From: a virus | Lineage: Duplodnaviria > Heunggongvirae > Uroviricota > Caudoviricetes | Reading direction: 5' to 3' (one strand) | IMG/VR virus record: IMGVR_UViG_3300016484_000447 | Span: 1-23,772 of that record | DNA length: 23,772 nt | Shown: positions 7,555 through 14,407 of the stretch, piece after piece | How the letters are laid out: the number at the start of each line of letters is the position of its first letter | Numbering within the stretch: position 1 is the first letter of the stretch | The notes under the pieces: model-generated | Databases searched by the model: none | What the model saw: the letters and a program-made list of their open reading frames with translations, nothing else | What the model was told of the DNA's origin: nothing | Position numbers and translations under genes: made by a program

Positions 7555-7902
7555 TCAGACCGGGCTGCGCCCGGCTCGTTCATTTCTTGTGTTACGTGAC
7601 CCTATCCAGCGTCTGTACGCCTCCATTTCCCATGTGTTCCCAGACTCATCCACGACTTGAAACACAGGGGACACGAACACGTACTCTCTTCCGTACAGGT
7701 TTCCATCTAGCAGGCTTACGGGGCTAGTGCTTGAAACCAACCCTTCCGGGAATCCGTCTTCACCCTCTTCCCAAGACTCTGACACATGCCAAGCTATGAT
7801 TGGGTTGTCAGTGTCTATGTAGACTTTCCCATCACAATCTGAAACCATGAAGTACCCCGGCACTGCCGTGATCATGTTTCGTGCGTGCCGCCTCGTCTTC
7901 AC
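7555..7902 (-). CDS. Hypothetical protein with lower GC and atypical codon usage (start may be 7875, MITAVPG)
   Basis: ORF overlaps vWA stop; A/T-ending codons frequent. Confidence 0.55.
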   Translation of the reverse strand: MKTRRHARNMITAVPGYFMVSDCDGKVYIDTDNPIIAWHVSESWEEGEDGFPEGLVSSTSPVSLLDGNLYGREYVFVSPVFQVVDESGNTWEMEAYRRWIGSRNTRNERAGRSPV

Positions 7903-9194
7903 TTGTAGGTGTACCAGCCGAAGATGGTGTTGCCGACGACGACGCTGCCGCGCTGCGGAGTGCCGGTCTTGCTGTCGCGGGCCTCTTGGCGCGTGCTGAA
8001 CACGTTCACAGGGCGACCGTTGACGGTCGGGAAGAGGCTCTTGGGCGCCTGGGCCTTCGGAATCGGGCTTGCAGTCGGACGGGTGTTGCCGACGACGGCT
8101 GGCAGAACCGGGACTGCGGGTGCCGCAGGGGCCTTCGGCGCGAACTTGTCGATGTCCTCCTGGGTGAACGGCACACCTTGCTTCTCCCAGTAGATCACGC
8201 CCACGTTGTCGGGCAGCAGCCTGTTCAGCGACTCGCTCTGGATGAAGATGTCGTAGTTGCCGTGGTCGCCAGGGTGGACGCGAGCGTTGCTCGTCGGGTC
8301 GGTCGGCATCCCGATCATCTGGCGGGCTTCCTTGCCAGCGAAGATGCGGTGCGGTGCCTGACGCTCACGAATCAGCACGATCTTCTTCGGGCCGATCTTG
8401 GGCTCGGTCTTCACCAGTTGCACGAACGCGGCGCCCTTGAGGAACTTGCTGCGCTTGCTCAGGATGAAGTCGTCGATGCGCAGGCGTGCGGTGCCGTTCG
8501 AGTTGGGCACTTGGTACAGGCTCACTTCCGAGGTGATGTCGGTCAGCTTCGACACGTCCACCGCTGCGGCGTTGGTGTAGAACGACGACGAAGACCGGGC
8601 ACCAGCCGAACGGGCGGCGTAGTACGCAGTGGTCGCGGCCTGGGTCGCCACGGTGGCCTTTGCCATGCCTTCGCGGGTCGTCTCCCACTCCAGCACGTTG
8701 CCATCGGGGATGCCGATGGCCGTCGCGTGATGTGCTGCACCGCGAGGCATACGGGCGACGAAAGTCCAGCGACCAGTGGCCTGAAGCTCTTCGATCTTTC
8801 GGCAGAGGTTGGTGGCGCTTCTGCGCTTCGAGTGGCTCTCGCGCCCGTCTGTCGTGATGAAGATCAGGAACGACACGTCCGGGTTGGAGTAGTCGGGGAG
8901 CTTCTCGTGCAGTTCGATGGCATCCCAGATGCCGTCGTACAGCGGGGTGCCGCCCGGCGTCGGCCAGGAAGTCTCTTCGCGCATGACGTTCGGGTTCGAG
9001 ATGACGTACTTCCGCACGACGCCCGAGTCTCCGTCGAGGCCGACACCGAAGGCCGAGACGATGGTGTCCAGACGCTCCTTGGTAGCGGCATTGGCGATGG
9101 ACATGCGGTTGGCGTTCGAGTCGGCCAGGGCCATCTTTGCGATGCCGTGCATCGAGCCGCTGTGGTCGTCCACGAATGCGATGTAGTTCTTCAC
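7899..9194 (-). CDS. von Willebrand factor A (vWA) domain protein with uncharacterised C-terminal half (431 aa, GTG start)
   Basis: MIDAS elements DHSGS, GGTPLYD, ITTDG; AAGGAG SD. Confidence 0.85.
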   Translation of the reverse strand: MKNYIAFVDDHSGSMHGIAKMALADSNANRMSIANAATKERLDTIVSAFGVGLDGDSGVVRKYVISNPNVMREETSWPTPGGTPLYDGIWDAIELHEKLPDYSNPDVSFLIFITTDGRESHSKRRSATNLCRKIEELQATGRWTFVARMPRGAAHHATAIGIPDGNVLEWETTREGMAKATVATQAATTAYYAARSAGARSSSSFYTNAAAVDVSKLTDITSEVSLYQVPNSNGTARLRIDDFILSKRSKFLKGAAFVQLVKTEPKIGPKKIVLIRERQAPHRIFAGKEARQMIGMPTDPTSNARVHPGDHGNYDIFIQSESLNRLLPDNVGVIYWEKQGVPFTQEDIDKFAPKAPAAPAVPVLPAVVGNTRPTASPIPKAQAPKSLFPTVNGRPVNVFSTRQEARDSKTGTPQRGSVVVGNTIFGWYTYK

Positions 9195-9208
9195 GTTGTT
9201 CTTCTCCT

Positions 9209-9355
9209 TCAGTTGTTCGCTGCAACCACACCGAACACAACGTCTGCGTGGGGGATGAAAATGAACGGCTCGCCTGTTTGCAGCAGGAATGGCAGACCGA
9301 TCTGGGCCAGTGCCGAAGCGACTGGGATGAACTTGGGGCCTTCAGGCGTCTTCAC
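9209..9355 (-). CDS. Small hypothetical protein (48 aa, GTG start), possibly the C-terminal part of the upstream gene
   Basis: Hand translation VKTPEGPKFIPVASALAQIGLPF...; GTGA overlap, weak SD. Confidence 0.45.
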   Translation of the reverse strand: MKTPEGPKFIPVASALAQIGLPFLLQTGEPFIFIPHADVVFGVVAANN

Positions 9356-9567
9356 GATTCACGCACCACGTCGAAGACATCAGGGAGCATCCGTGCTTGA
9401 CTCGGACGCTGGCCGCGAAGGAAGCCGTAGAAACTGCCTTTGACACGGACGCGGCGACCACTTGCAGTGTCTTCCACGAAGTCGTGGTCGGAAATCTTCT
9501 CATCGTTGAGAAGCGGACGGAAGCGCATCTCGACGGTCTTCGGTTTGCTTGACTTGGTGAGGTACAT
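9352..9567 (-). CDS. Hypothetical protein (71 aa, MYLTKSSKPK...)
   Basis: AAGGAG SD before ATG 9567. Confidence 0.65.
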   Translation of the reverse strand: MYLTKSSKPKTVEMRFRPLLNDEKISDHDFVEDTASGRRVRVKGSFYGFLRGQRPSQARMLPDVFDVVRES

Positions 9568-9568
9568 A

Positions 9569-9841
9569 TCAGGACTCCTTGGGCCACTCGGGCGTATTGA
9601 GGAATTCGAGACACCGTTCGTACAGGCTCTCGGGAACTTCACGAAATTCGTTCGCACAGTGTAGCACGAAACTTCGACCGTAGCCGTCGAATCGCACTGC
9701 AAAACACTTCCCGTCTCGAAGGTCGATGCTCGGGTAGATGTACTTTACCGTCTTCGTCGGGTTGCGTGAGAACGGCCCGTTGTAGACCTCTGCCCTGGTC
9801 AAGACGTTGTGCAGTTCGGCAAGCGTCATCGGGCGAGACAT
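9569..9841 (-). CDS. Hypothetical protein (90 aa)
   Basis: TGATG coupling with upstream gene. Confidence 0.7.
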   Translation of the reverse strand: MSRPMTLAELHNVLTRAEVYNGPFSRNPTKTVKYIYPSIDLRDGKCFAVRFDGYGRSFVLHCANEFREVPESLYERCLEFLNTPEWPKES

Positions 9842-10263
9842 CAGGCATCCACCCACTTGTAGACGCTGAAGTTCAGCGTGACGCTTTCAGAGCCCCACGG
9901 CCCGCGTTGGATGCTACTCCGACTGCCAAGGTACGTGCTGACGTGCCAGCCGTCCTCCTTGTACTGCGTGCGCAACCACTCTTCGTAGTCCTCGCGCCTG
10001 TCCCGCCCCACAGCGGAGAACGGGATCGTCACAGACCGTCGCTCGCTCACACGCTTCTTGCCAAGCACATCGGCGCCACGGACCGTCACTTTCAGTCGCT
10101 CAGTGCCGTTGCCCTTCACCAGCCTTCCGAACTGCTCGAACGACAGCGGCAGTTCGAGGAATTGCACGCCACTGGCCTTGTCAGTGATCGTGATTTCCAC
10201 GTAGTCGCTCCCCTTGGAACTCATGATGTTGCCGAAGTGGACATCGACTTCAAGCTCTTGCAT
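9841..10263 (-). CDS. Hypothetical protein (140 aa)
   Basis: AAGGAG SD, phage-like codon usage. Confidence 0.75.
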   Translation of the reverse strand: MQELEVDVHFGNIMSSKGSDYVEITITDKASGVQFLELPLSFEQFGRLVKGNGTERLKVTVRGADVLGKKRVSERRSVTIPFSAVGRDRREDYEEWLRTQYKEDGWHVSTYLGSRSSIQRGPWGSESVTLNFSVYKWVDA

Positions 10264-10315
10264 CGTTTCTCTCCTTTAACCCGCACTGCGGGTGAAATTT
10301 TGCGCGCCTTCGGCG

Positions 10316-10759
10316 TTAGTACGTGGCCTTCAGTTGCAGGGCCACGGCTCCAGTCGGAGTATCCGTCTTGCTGGGCGCGATGACAAGCAGATCAGCAGAT
10401 AGGGCCTTGCAGATGTCGTATTCGAGCAACAGGTTGTAGAACGGCCCGTACTTCCCGTCGTACATCGGGTATCCGCTCACCACCCCTGCGCGGAGTCCAG
10501 CACGCACAGGGCCAATCTCCCAGGGGAGGTAGCTGACGTACAGGATGTTCGAGGTCTTGTAGTACGAGTTGGCAAAGCTCCCAAGCCCAGCCCGGAACTC
10601 GCCTTCCCGGACTTCCAGGCCCAGGCCGAAGTTGTTCTCGTTGTAGTCTTTCGCCCTGTTTGCGTGATAGGAGCGTGTCATCACAGTCCCCCAGTACGTT
10701 TCTGCTGTCGCTGCGATGACTACCAGCACCAGCGCCAGGGCTATTACCAGCCTTTTCAT
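10316..10759 (-). CDS. Secreted outer-membrane beta-barrel protein, PagP-like (147 aa)
   Basis: Signal peptide MKRLVIALALVLVVIAATA; SYH....DYNENNFGLG; ANSY; alternating beta-strand pattern; C-terminal aromatic beta-signal LQLKATY. Confidence 0.7.
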   Translation of the reverse strand: MKRLVIALALVLVVIAATAETYWGTVMTRSYHANRAKDYNENNFGLGLEVREGEFRAGLGSFANSYYKTSNILYVSYLPWEIGPVRAGLRAGVVSGYPMYDGKYGPFYNLLLEYDICKALSADLLVIAPSKTDTPTGAVALQLKATY

Positions 10760-10795
10760 GTGTGTCCTTGATGTTGAAAGCCGCGATTCTACATG

Positions 10796-10827
10796 AAAAA
10801 AGCCGCCGCACCAGTAGGTGTGGCGGC
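10796..10827 (-). terminator. Rho-independent terminator after the ClpP-like gene
   Basis: GCCGCCACACC-TACT-GGTGCGGCGGC hairpin plus TTTTTT on minus strand. Confidence 0.8.
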
Positions 10828-10837
10828 GATACAACAC

Positions 10838-11419
10838 TTAGTCGCGTTGCTTGATTCGTTCTTTCAGGCGCTCCCTGAACTCGTCGGCGTTGAACCAGAA
10901 GTCCTTGCCTTCGATCATGCGCTCGATTTCGTCCTTCGTCAAGAAGCCCTTGTAGGTCTTGCGGAAGAGGTCGCACATGAACGCCCGGCTGTGATCGGAT
11001 GCTGCGGCGTACTCGTTGAACTTCCCGCCATGACCGACGCTTCCGTTGTGGACGAGAGCATTGAAGCCTTCAGACAGGATCACCTCGTCGGCGTGCATCA
11101 GGATCAGCGTACCGGCAGAGTGGACACCGCCGCTTGCGATGAACACGATCCTTGCACGGCACATCTTCAACGCCAGCAGGAAGGTGTCAGTCGCATCGAC
11201 GCTCCCACCAGGGGTGGACAGATGCACCATCACGAGGTCATCTTCTTTGGCGATCTGGAGTGCCTCGATTGCAGGGATGAACTGCTCCGCGCTCTCGATG
11301 CCGTCGAAGATGAAGATGTTGAAGATTTGCGGCCCCTCTTCCGACTCCACGACGGAGACGTGGAAGGCTTCGTTGTAGATCGGCTCGTCGCCGTCCTCAG
11401 ATTGCTTGCGTTTTCCCAT
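10838..11419 (-). CDS. ClpP-like (S14) serine protease
   Basis: HLSTPGGSV, HSAG (Ser), LVHN (His), KDFWF (Asp) align with the ClpP catalytic triad. Confidence 0.85.
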   Translation of the reverse strand: MGKRKQSEDGDEPIYNEAFHVSVVESEEGPQIFNIFIFDGIESAEQFIPAIEALQIAKEDDLVMVHLSTPGGSVDATDTFLLALKMCRARIVFIASGGVHSAGTLILMHADEVILSEGFNALVHNGSVGHGGKFNEYAAASDHSRAFMCDLFRKTYKGFLTKDEIERMIEGKDFWFNADEFRERLKERIKQRD

Positions 11420-11428
11420 GACGCTCCT

Positions 11429-12226
11429 TCAGGTGTTGTGGTAGTACATCTTGACGAACGCACGAGTCAGGCCGCTACGGACGACATCCTCGGGCATGAA
11501 CCTGACGACTCCGATGCTCTCGTCAAGAGCGTCGATGTCGGACGAGTCCATGTACTCGGGGTGCGTCTGAAGCATCCGTTCGATCAGCGCCACAGCCGTC
11601 TTCAGGCCGCTCTCCGTCTTCAGGTCGTTCTGCTTCGTGTCACCAGTGAACACCATCTGGGTGTTCTCGCCAAGGCGAGTCAGAACCATCTCCATGTCTT
11701 CGTGGTCGAAGTTCTGTGCCTCTTCCACCAGCACGAAGCAGTCCTCGAAGCTCATCCCTCGAAGGTACTCAGTCGGCACCATCTCTATGATCTTCTTCTC
11801 CAAGCAGTAGGTCGTGAAGCCCTTGCCAAGCATCCGCTCGAAGTGAGCCAGTGTCTGCTTGAAGTACGGTGCCAGCTTCTCTTCGACCTCTCCGGGAAGC
11901 AGGCCGATGCTCTTCCCGGTCACGACTGCCGGGCGTGCGAGGTACACCTTGTCGATCTGCTTCGACTTGAGCAACACGGCTGCTCGATGCACAGCGAGAA
12001 GCGACTTGCCCGTACCGGCACTGCCAGTCAGGAACAGAACCGGGACGCCTTCCGCAAGGAACTTCATCGCCCTGCGTTGGTTCTGGTTTTTCGCTTCGAG
12101 TTGCGGAATCGCTGCGGGCTTCTGCACCACGTCTTCGGGGGTGCTGGCCTGCCGTGCTGCAATCCGCTCTTGCAGCAGCTTCTCGCGCCGGGTCAGGCGC
12201 GGGGTGCGTTGTGTTTTGCGTCCCAT
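11429..12226 (-). CDS. phoH: PhoH-family ATPase
   Basis: Walker A GSAGTGKS, RGMSF, VEEAQN, TGD..Q motifs. Confidence 0.9.
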   Translation of the reverse strand: MGRKTQRTPRLTRREKLLQERIAARQASTPEDVVQKPAAIPQLEAKNQNQRRAMKFLAEGVPVLFLTGSAGTGKSLLAVHRAAVLLKSKQIDKVYLARPAVVTGKSIGLLPGEVEEKLAPYFKQTLAHFERMLGKGFTTYCLEKKIIEMVPTEYLRGMSFEDCFVLVEEAQNFDHEDMEMVLTRLGENTQMVFTGDTKQNDLKTESGLKTAVALIERMLQTHPEYMDSSDIDALDESIGVVRFMPEDVVRSGLTRAFVKMYYHNT

Positions 12227-12239
12227 CGTTTCTCCTGGG

Positions 12240-12446
12240 TCAGCCGTCCACGCCTCTCAGGAGGGCGGGTGTGGCTTGTTGTTCTTCGAGCCGTTTCCGG
12301 CCCCAGCGTGCGAAGATGAAGTGTTGCAGAGACGCACCAGTCCGGGGCGGGCGACCCTCCCTGAAGGCTTCCACGAGGCTTGCGAGGTAGTCACGCTCTG
12401 CTGTGACTTGTACAAGCCGCTCCTTCAGCTTCACGACGCCGTTCAT
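12240..12446 (-). CDS. Hypothetical protein (68 aa)
   Basis: ATGA overlap with upstream gene. Confidence 0.55.
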   Translation of the reverse strand: MNGVVKLKERLVQVTAERDYLASLVEAFREGRPPRTGASLQHFIFARWGRKRLEEQQATPALLRGVDG

Positions 12447-12754
12447 TCAGCAGGGGCTTCAGCAGGGGCTTCAGGCGCCGGTTGCTCTGCCTGGGCCTGG
12501 GCCTGGGCCTCTTCAGCCGCCTTCGCAGCCTTCGCCGCACGGGCAGCGGCCAGGATTTCGGCACGGGTCGGCTTCGGTGCTTCGACCAGATTCTCAGGCT
12601 TGAGAACGTGTGTCTCGTAGAGCCACGAGAACTGCGTCGGGGGGTTCATCGGGTCGATTTCCCAGCCGTCCTTCGTTGCAGCGACGATGCGCTCGATGAA
12701 CGTTCCGAGGTTGGGTTCTTGGATGATCTGGCGGGCCAGGGTGGGGTCAGTCAT
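12443..12754 (-). CDS. Hypothetical protein with Ala/Glu/Pro-rich tail (103 aa)
   Basis: GGAGG SD; tandem 12-bp repeat at 12446-12469 encodes repeated APAE. Confidence 0.75.
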   Translation of the reverse strand: MTDPTLARQIIQEPNLGTFIERIVAATKDGWEIDPMNPPTQFSWLYETHVLKPENLVEAPKPTRAEILAAARAAKAAKAAEEAQAQAQAEQPAPEAPAEAPAE

Positions 12755-12902
12755 TGTCGTCCTCCGTTGAGGTGTTCAGGGGTTGCAGGGGGTCGCTGTC
12801 GTCACCGTCAGCGGCTTCGAGTTCAAGACGGGCAAGGATGGCTTCGAGTGTCGGTGTGTTCTCGTCGGGCCACTCCAACGCCTCGTCATGGTTCCGTGGC
12901 AT
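12747..12902 (-). CDS. Very acidic 51-aa protein, first gene of the leftward operon (below ORF-track cutoff)
   Basis: Hand translation MPRNHDEALEWPDENTPTLEAILARLELEAADGDDSDPLQPLNTSTEDDND; GGAG SD; overlaps start of next gene. Confidence 0.65.
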   Translation of the reverse strand: MPRNHDEALEWPDENTPTLEAILARLELEAADGDDSDPLQPLNTSTEDDND

Positions 12903-13038
12903 CTTGTTCTCCGATCATTGTATCACACTATGTTATTTCATAATGTGAAAGTCTAAGTCATGATGACCGCTTAACGCGGTCTTAAATGTAACAACTAAGT
13001 AGTAGTCTTAGACAGTAACTTAGTTATATATAATCAAG

Positions 13039-13067
13039 AGTGTAGCACAGCTTTCAGCCTTTGTCAA
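13039..13067 (-). promoter_or_regulatory. Leftward sigma70-type promoter
   Basis: TTGACA-N17-TACACT with TGTGC before -10. Confidence 0.8.
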
Positions 13068-13182
13068 GCCCCAGCCGCCCACCGCTTCGCAGTGGTCGGA
13101 TTCTCAAGGCTGAGAACTCTGGCTGACGCCAGGACTGCCACAGTCCTTCACCTGTGCAATGCTCCGCGCCGGTGGGCGCCAG

Positions 13183-13212
13183 TTGACATCTTGGGCTGTC
13201 TGGTGCTACACT
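13183..13212 (+). promoter_or_regulatory. Rightward sigma70-type promoter 1
   Basis: TTGACA-N18-TACACT, GTGC before -10. Confidence 0.75.
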
Positions 13213-13242
13213 CCCAGTTGTGCAAAACTTCTGTCACACCCC

Positions 13243-13272
13243 TTGACAACTTGACGACTGTCGTGCTACAAT
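13243..13272 (+). promoter_or_regulatory. Rightward sigma70-type promoter 2
   Basis: TTGACA-N18-TACAAT, GTGC before -10. Confidence 0.8.
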
Positions 13273-13300
13273 GACGGTCTACGATAATCATGGAGGTAGT

Positions 13301-13657
13301 GTGAGCGATCAAGCTGTCTCCACCCCCTCTGTGGTGGTGGAACTGAAACAGGAGGTTCCGAGCTTCCTGAACGGCGGAATCGACCTGAAGCGTCTGCTCA
13401 AGGACGTTGCAAGGCAGTCGAAGCCAGCAGTCGAGGCTCTTGTCAAGCTGTTGGAGTCCAAGGACGAGAAGGTGCGCCTGACTGCGGCACGGACGCTTCT
13501 GGAGCTTCAAGTGACTGTGGCGAAGGAAATCAACTCCGACGAGGTGAACCGCCTCATCGCGGAGATGAAGCTGCACGGTGCCAGCAAGGCCCTGGTCCCC
13601 GTCGAAGACGAAGACCGCCCCCTGGTGGACTTCACGACAATCCGGGAAGTGAAATAA
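13301..13657 (+). CDS. Probable terminase small subunit (118 aa, GTG start)
   Basis: GGAGG SD before GTG 13301; helical protein, first rightward gene upstream of tRNAs and terL; function assigned by position only. Confidence 0.5.
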   Translation: MSDQAVSTPSVVVELKQEVPSFLNGGIDLKRLLKDVARQSKPAVEALVKLLESKDEKVRLTAARTLLELQVTVAKEINSDEVNRLIAEMKLHGASKALVPVEDEDRPLVDFTTIREVK

Positions 13658-13671
13658 GTTGTAACAGAGCC

Positions 13672-13701
13672 TTGACATCTGCACATACCGTGTGCTACAG
13701 T
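13672..13701 (+). promoter_or_regulatory. Promoter for tRNA-like RNA
   Basis: TTGACA-N18-TACAGT, TGTGC before -10. Confidence 0.75.
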
Positions 13702-13721
13702 TGAGGCTTCAACAGATCAAC

Positions 13722-13810
13722 GGGTGTTTTCCTGCTGCCGGGCTGTAACCCCGGCGTCGTAAAACAGGTAGGCTGGTAGACGAGAGGTTCGAGTCCTTGA
13801 ACACCCACCA
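13722..13810 (+). ncRNA. Non-canonical tRNA(Tyr)-like RNA lacking a D-arm at the normal position (89 nt)
   Basis: Acceptor GGGTGTT/AACACCC + A-CCA; anticodon arm GCCGGG-CTGTAAC-CCCGGC; TTCGAGT T-loop; only 8-9 nt between acceptor and anticodon stems. Confidence 0.75.
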
Positions 13811-13828
13811 GACACAAGGAGAGAGAGC

Positions 13829-14017
13829 ATGTTCGGTCTTCTCGAAGACATCGCAAAGGCGGCTGTGGCAGTCGTGACCACGCCGGTTGCAGTGGTGGTC
13901 GATACCGCAGAACTGGTCGGCATCAAGCAAGACAGTGGTCGCTGCCACACAGCCGACACCCTCGGTGCGGTGGTCAAGAACCTCGAAAACGCTGCGAACC
14001 CCACGTCCAGGGGTTGA
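13829..14017 (+). CDS. Small Val/Ala-rich protein (62 aa)
   Basis: AAGGAG SD; stop overlaps next -35. Confidence 0.7.
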   Translation: MFGLLEDIAKAAVAVVTTPVAVVVDTAELVGIKQDSGRCHTADTLGAVVKNLENAANPTSRG

Positions 14018-14043
14018 CAGGACAAGGAAGTGTGTGATACACT
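14014..14043 (+). promoter_or_regulatory. Promoter of the tRNA/ncRNA operon
   Basis: TTGACA-N18-TACACT with TGTGA; first tRNA starts 11 nt downstream. Confidence 0.8.
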
Positions 14044-14053
14044 TCCAACACTC

Positions 14054-14129
14054 GCCCTTTTAGCTCAGTTGGTAGAGCAACTGCCTTGTAAGCAGTAGGT
14101 CGTCCGTTCGAGTCGGACAGGGGGCACCA
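14054..14129 (+). tRNA. tRNA-Thr(TGT)
   Basis: Canonical cloverleaf, encoded CCA. Confidence 0.95.
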
Positions 14130-14133
14130 GTCC

Positions 14134-14325
14134 TCATTCGCGTGGGCTTGTAGGTGATAGTGACGAAAGGTGCTTGACTGGTACATCTTGCACTGAGCCA
14201 CCCGTTCGAGTCGGGGAAGAGGCCACTGGCAAGTAGTCACAACGTTCACCGTGACGCACTCAGACGTATTCTGAGCAACGGTAGGTCGTATGTAAGCGTA
14301 GCCTACTACGAGCCCACACGAATGA
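14134..14325 (+). ncRNA. Candidate structured RNA A (192 nt)
   Basis: ~20-bp closing stem 14134-14153/14306-14325; internal T-loop-like hairpin and three further hairpins. Confidence 0.7.
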
Positions 14326-14330
14326 AGATT

Positions 14331-14407
14331 GCCCGGGTGGCGAAATTGGCAGACGCGGACGGTTGAGGGCCGTCTTCTTGCAGGTTCGAGTCCTGCCCTG
14401 GGCACCA
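14331..14407 (+). tRNA. tRNA-Leu(GAG) with short variable loop
   Basis: Cloverleaf, anticodon GAG, 5-nt variable region, CCA. Confidence 0.9.

Noticed and set aside
4135-12319. Long plus-strand ORFs (4135-5475, 6116-7396, 7881-9443, 10793-12319)
   Set aside because: Antisense shadows of rtcB, RNA ligase, vWA and clpP/phoH caused by GC-rich codon bias
12917-12928. Second leftward -10 (TGTGA-TACAAT)
   Set aside because: No -35 at 16-18 bp and the start site would fall inside the RBS of the 12902 gene; left unannotated
13271-13300. ORF-track ATG start for the putative small terminase
   Set aside because: ATG lies inside the -10 hexamer (TACAATG); the GGAGG SD supports GTG 13301
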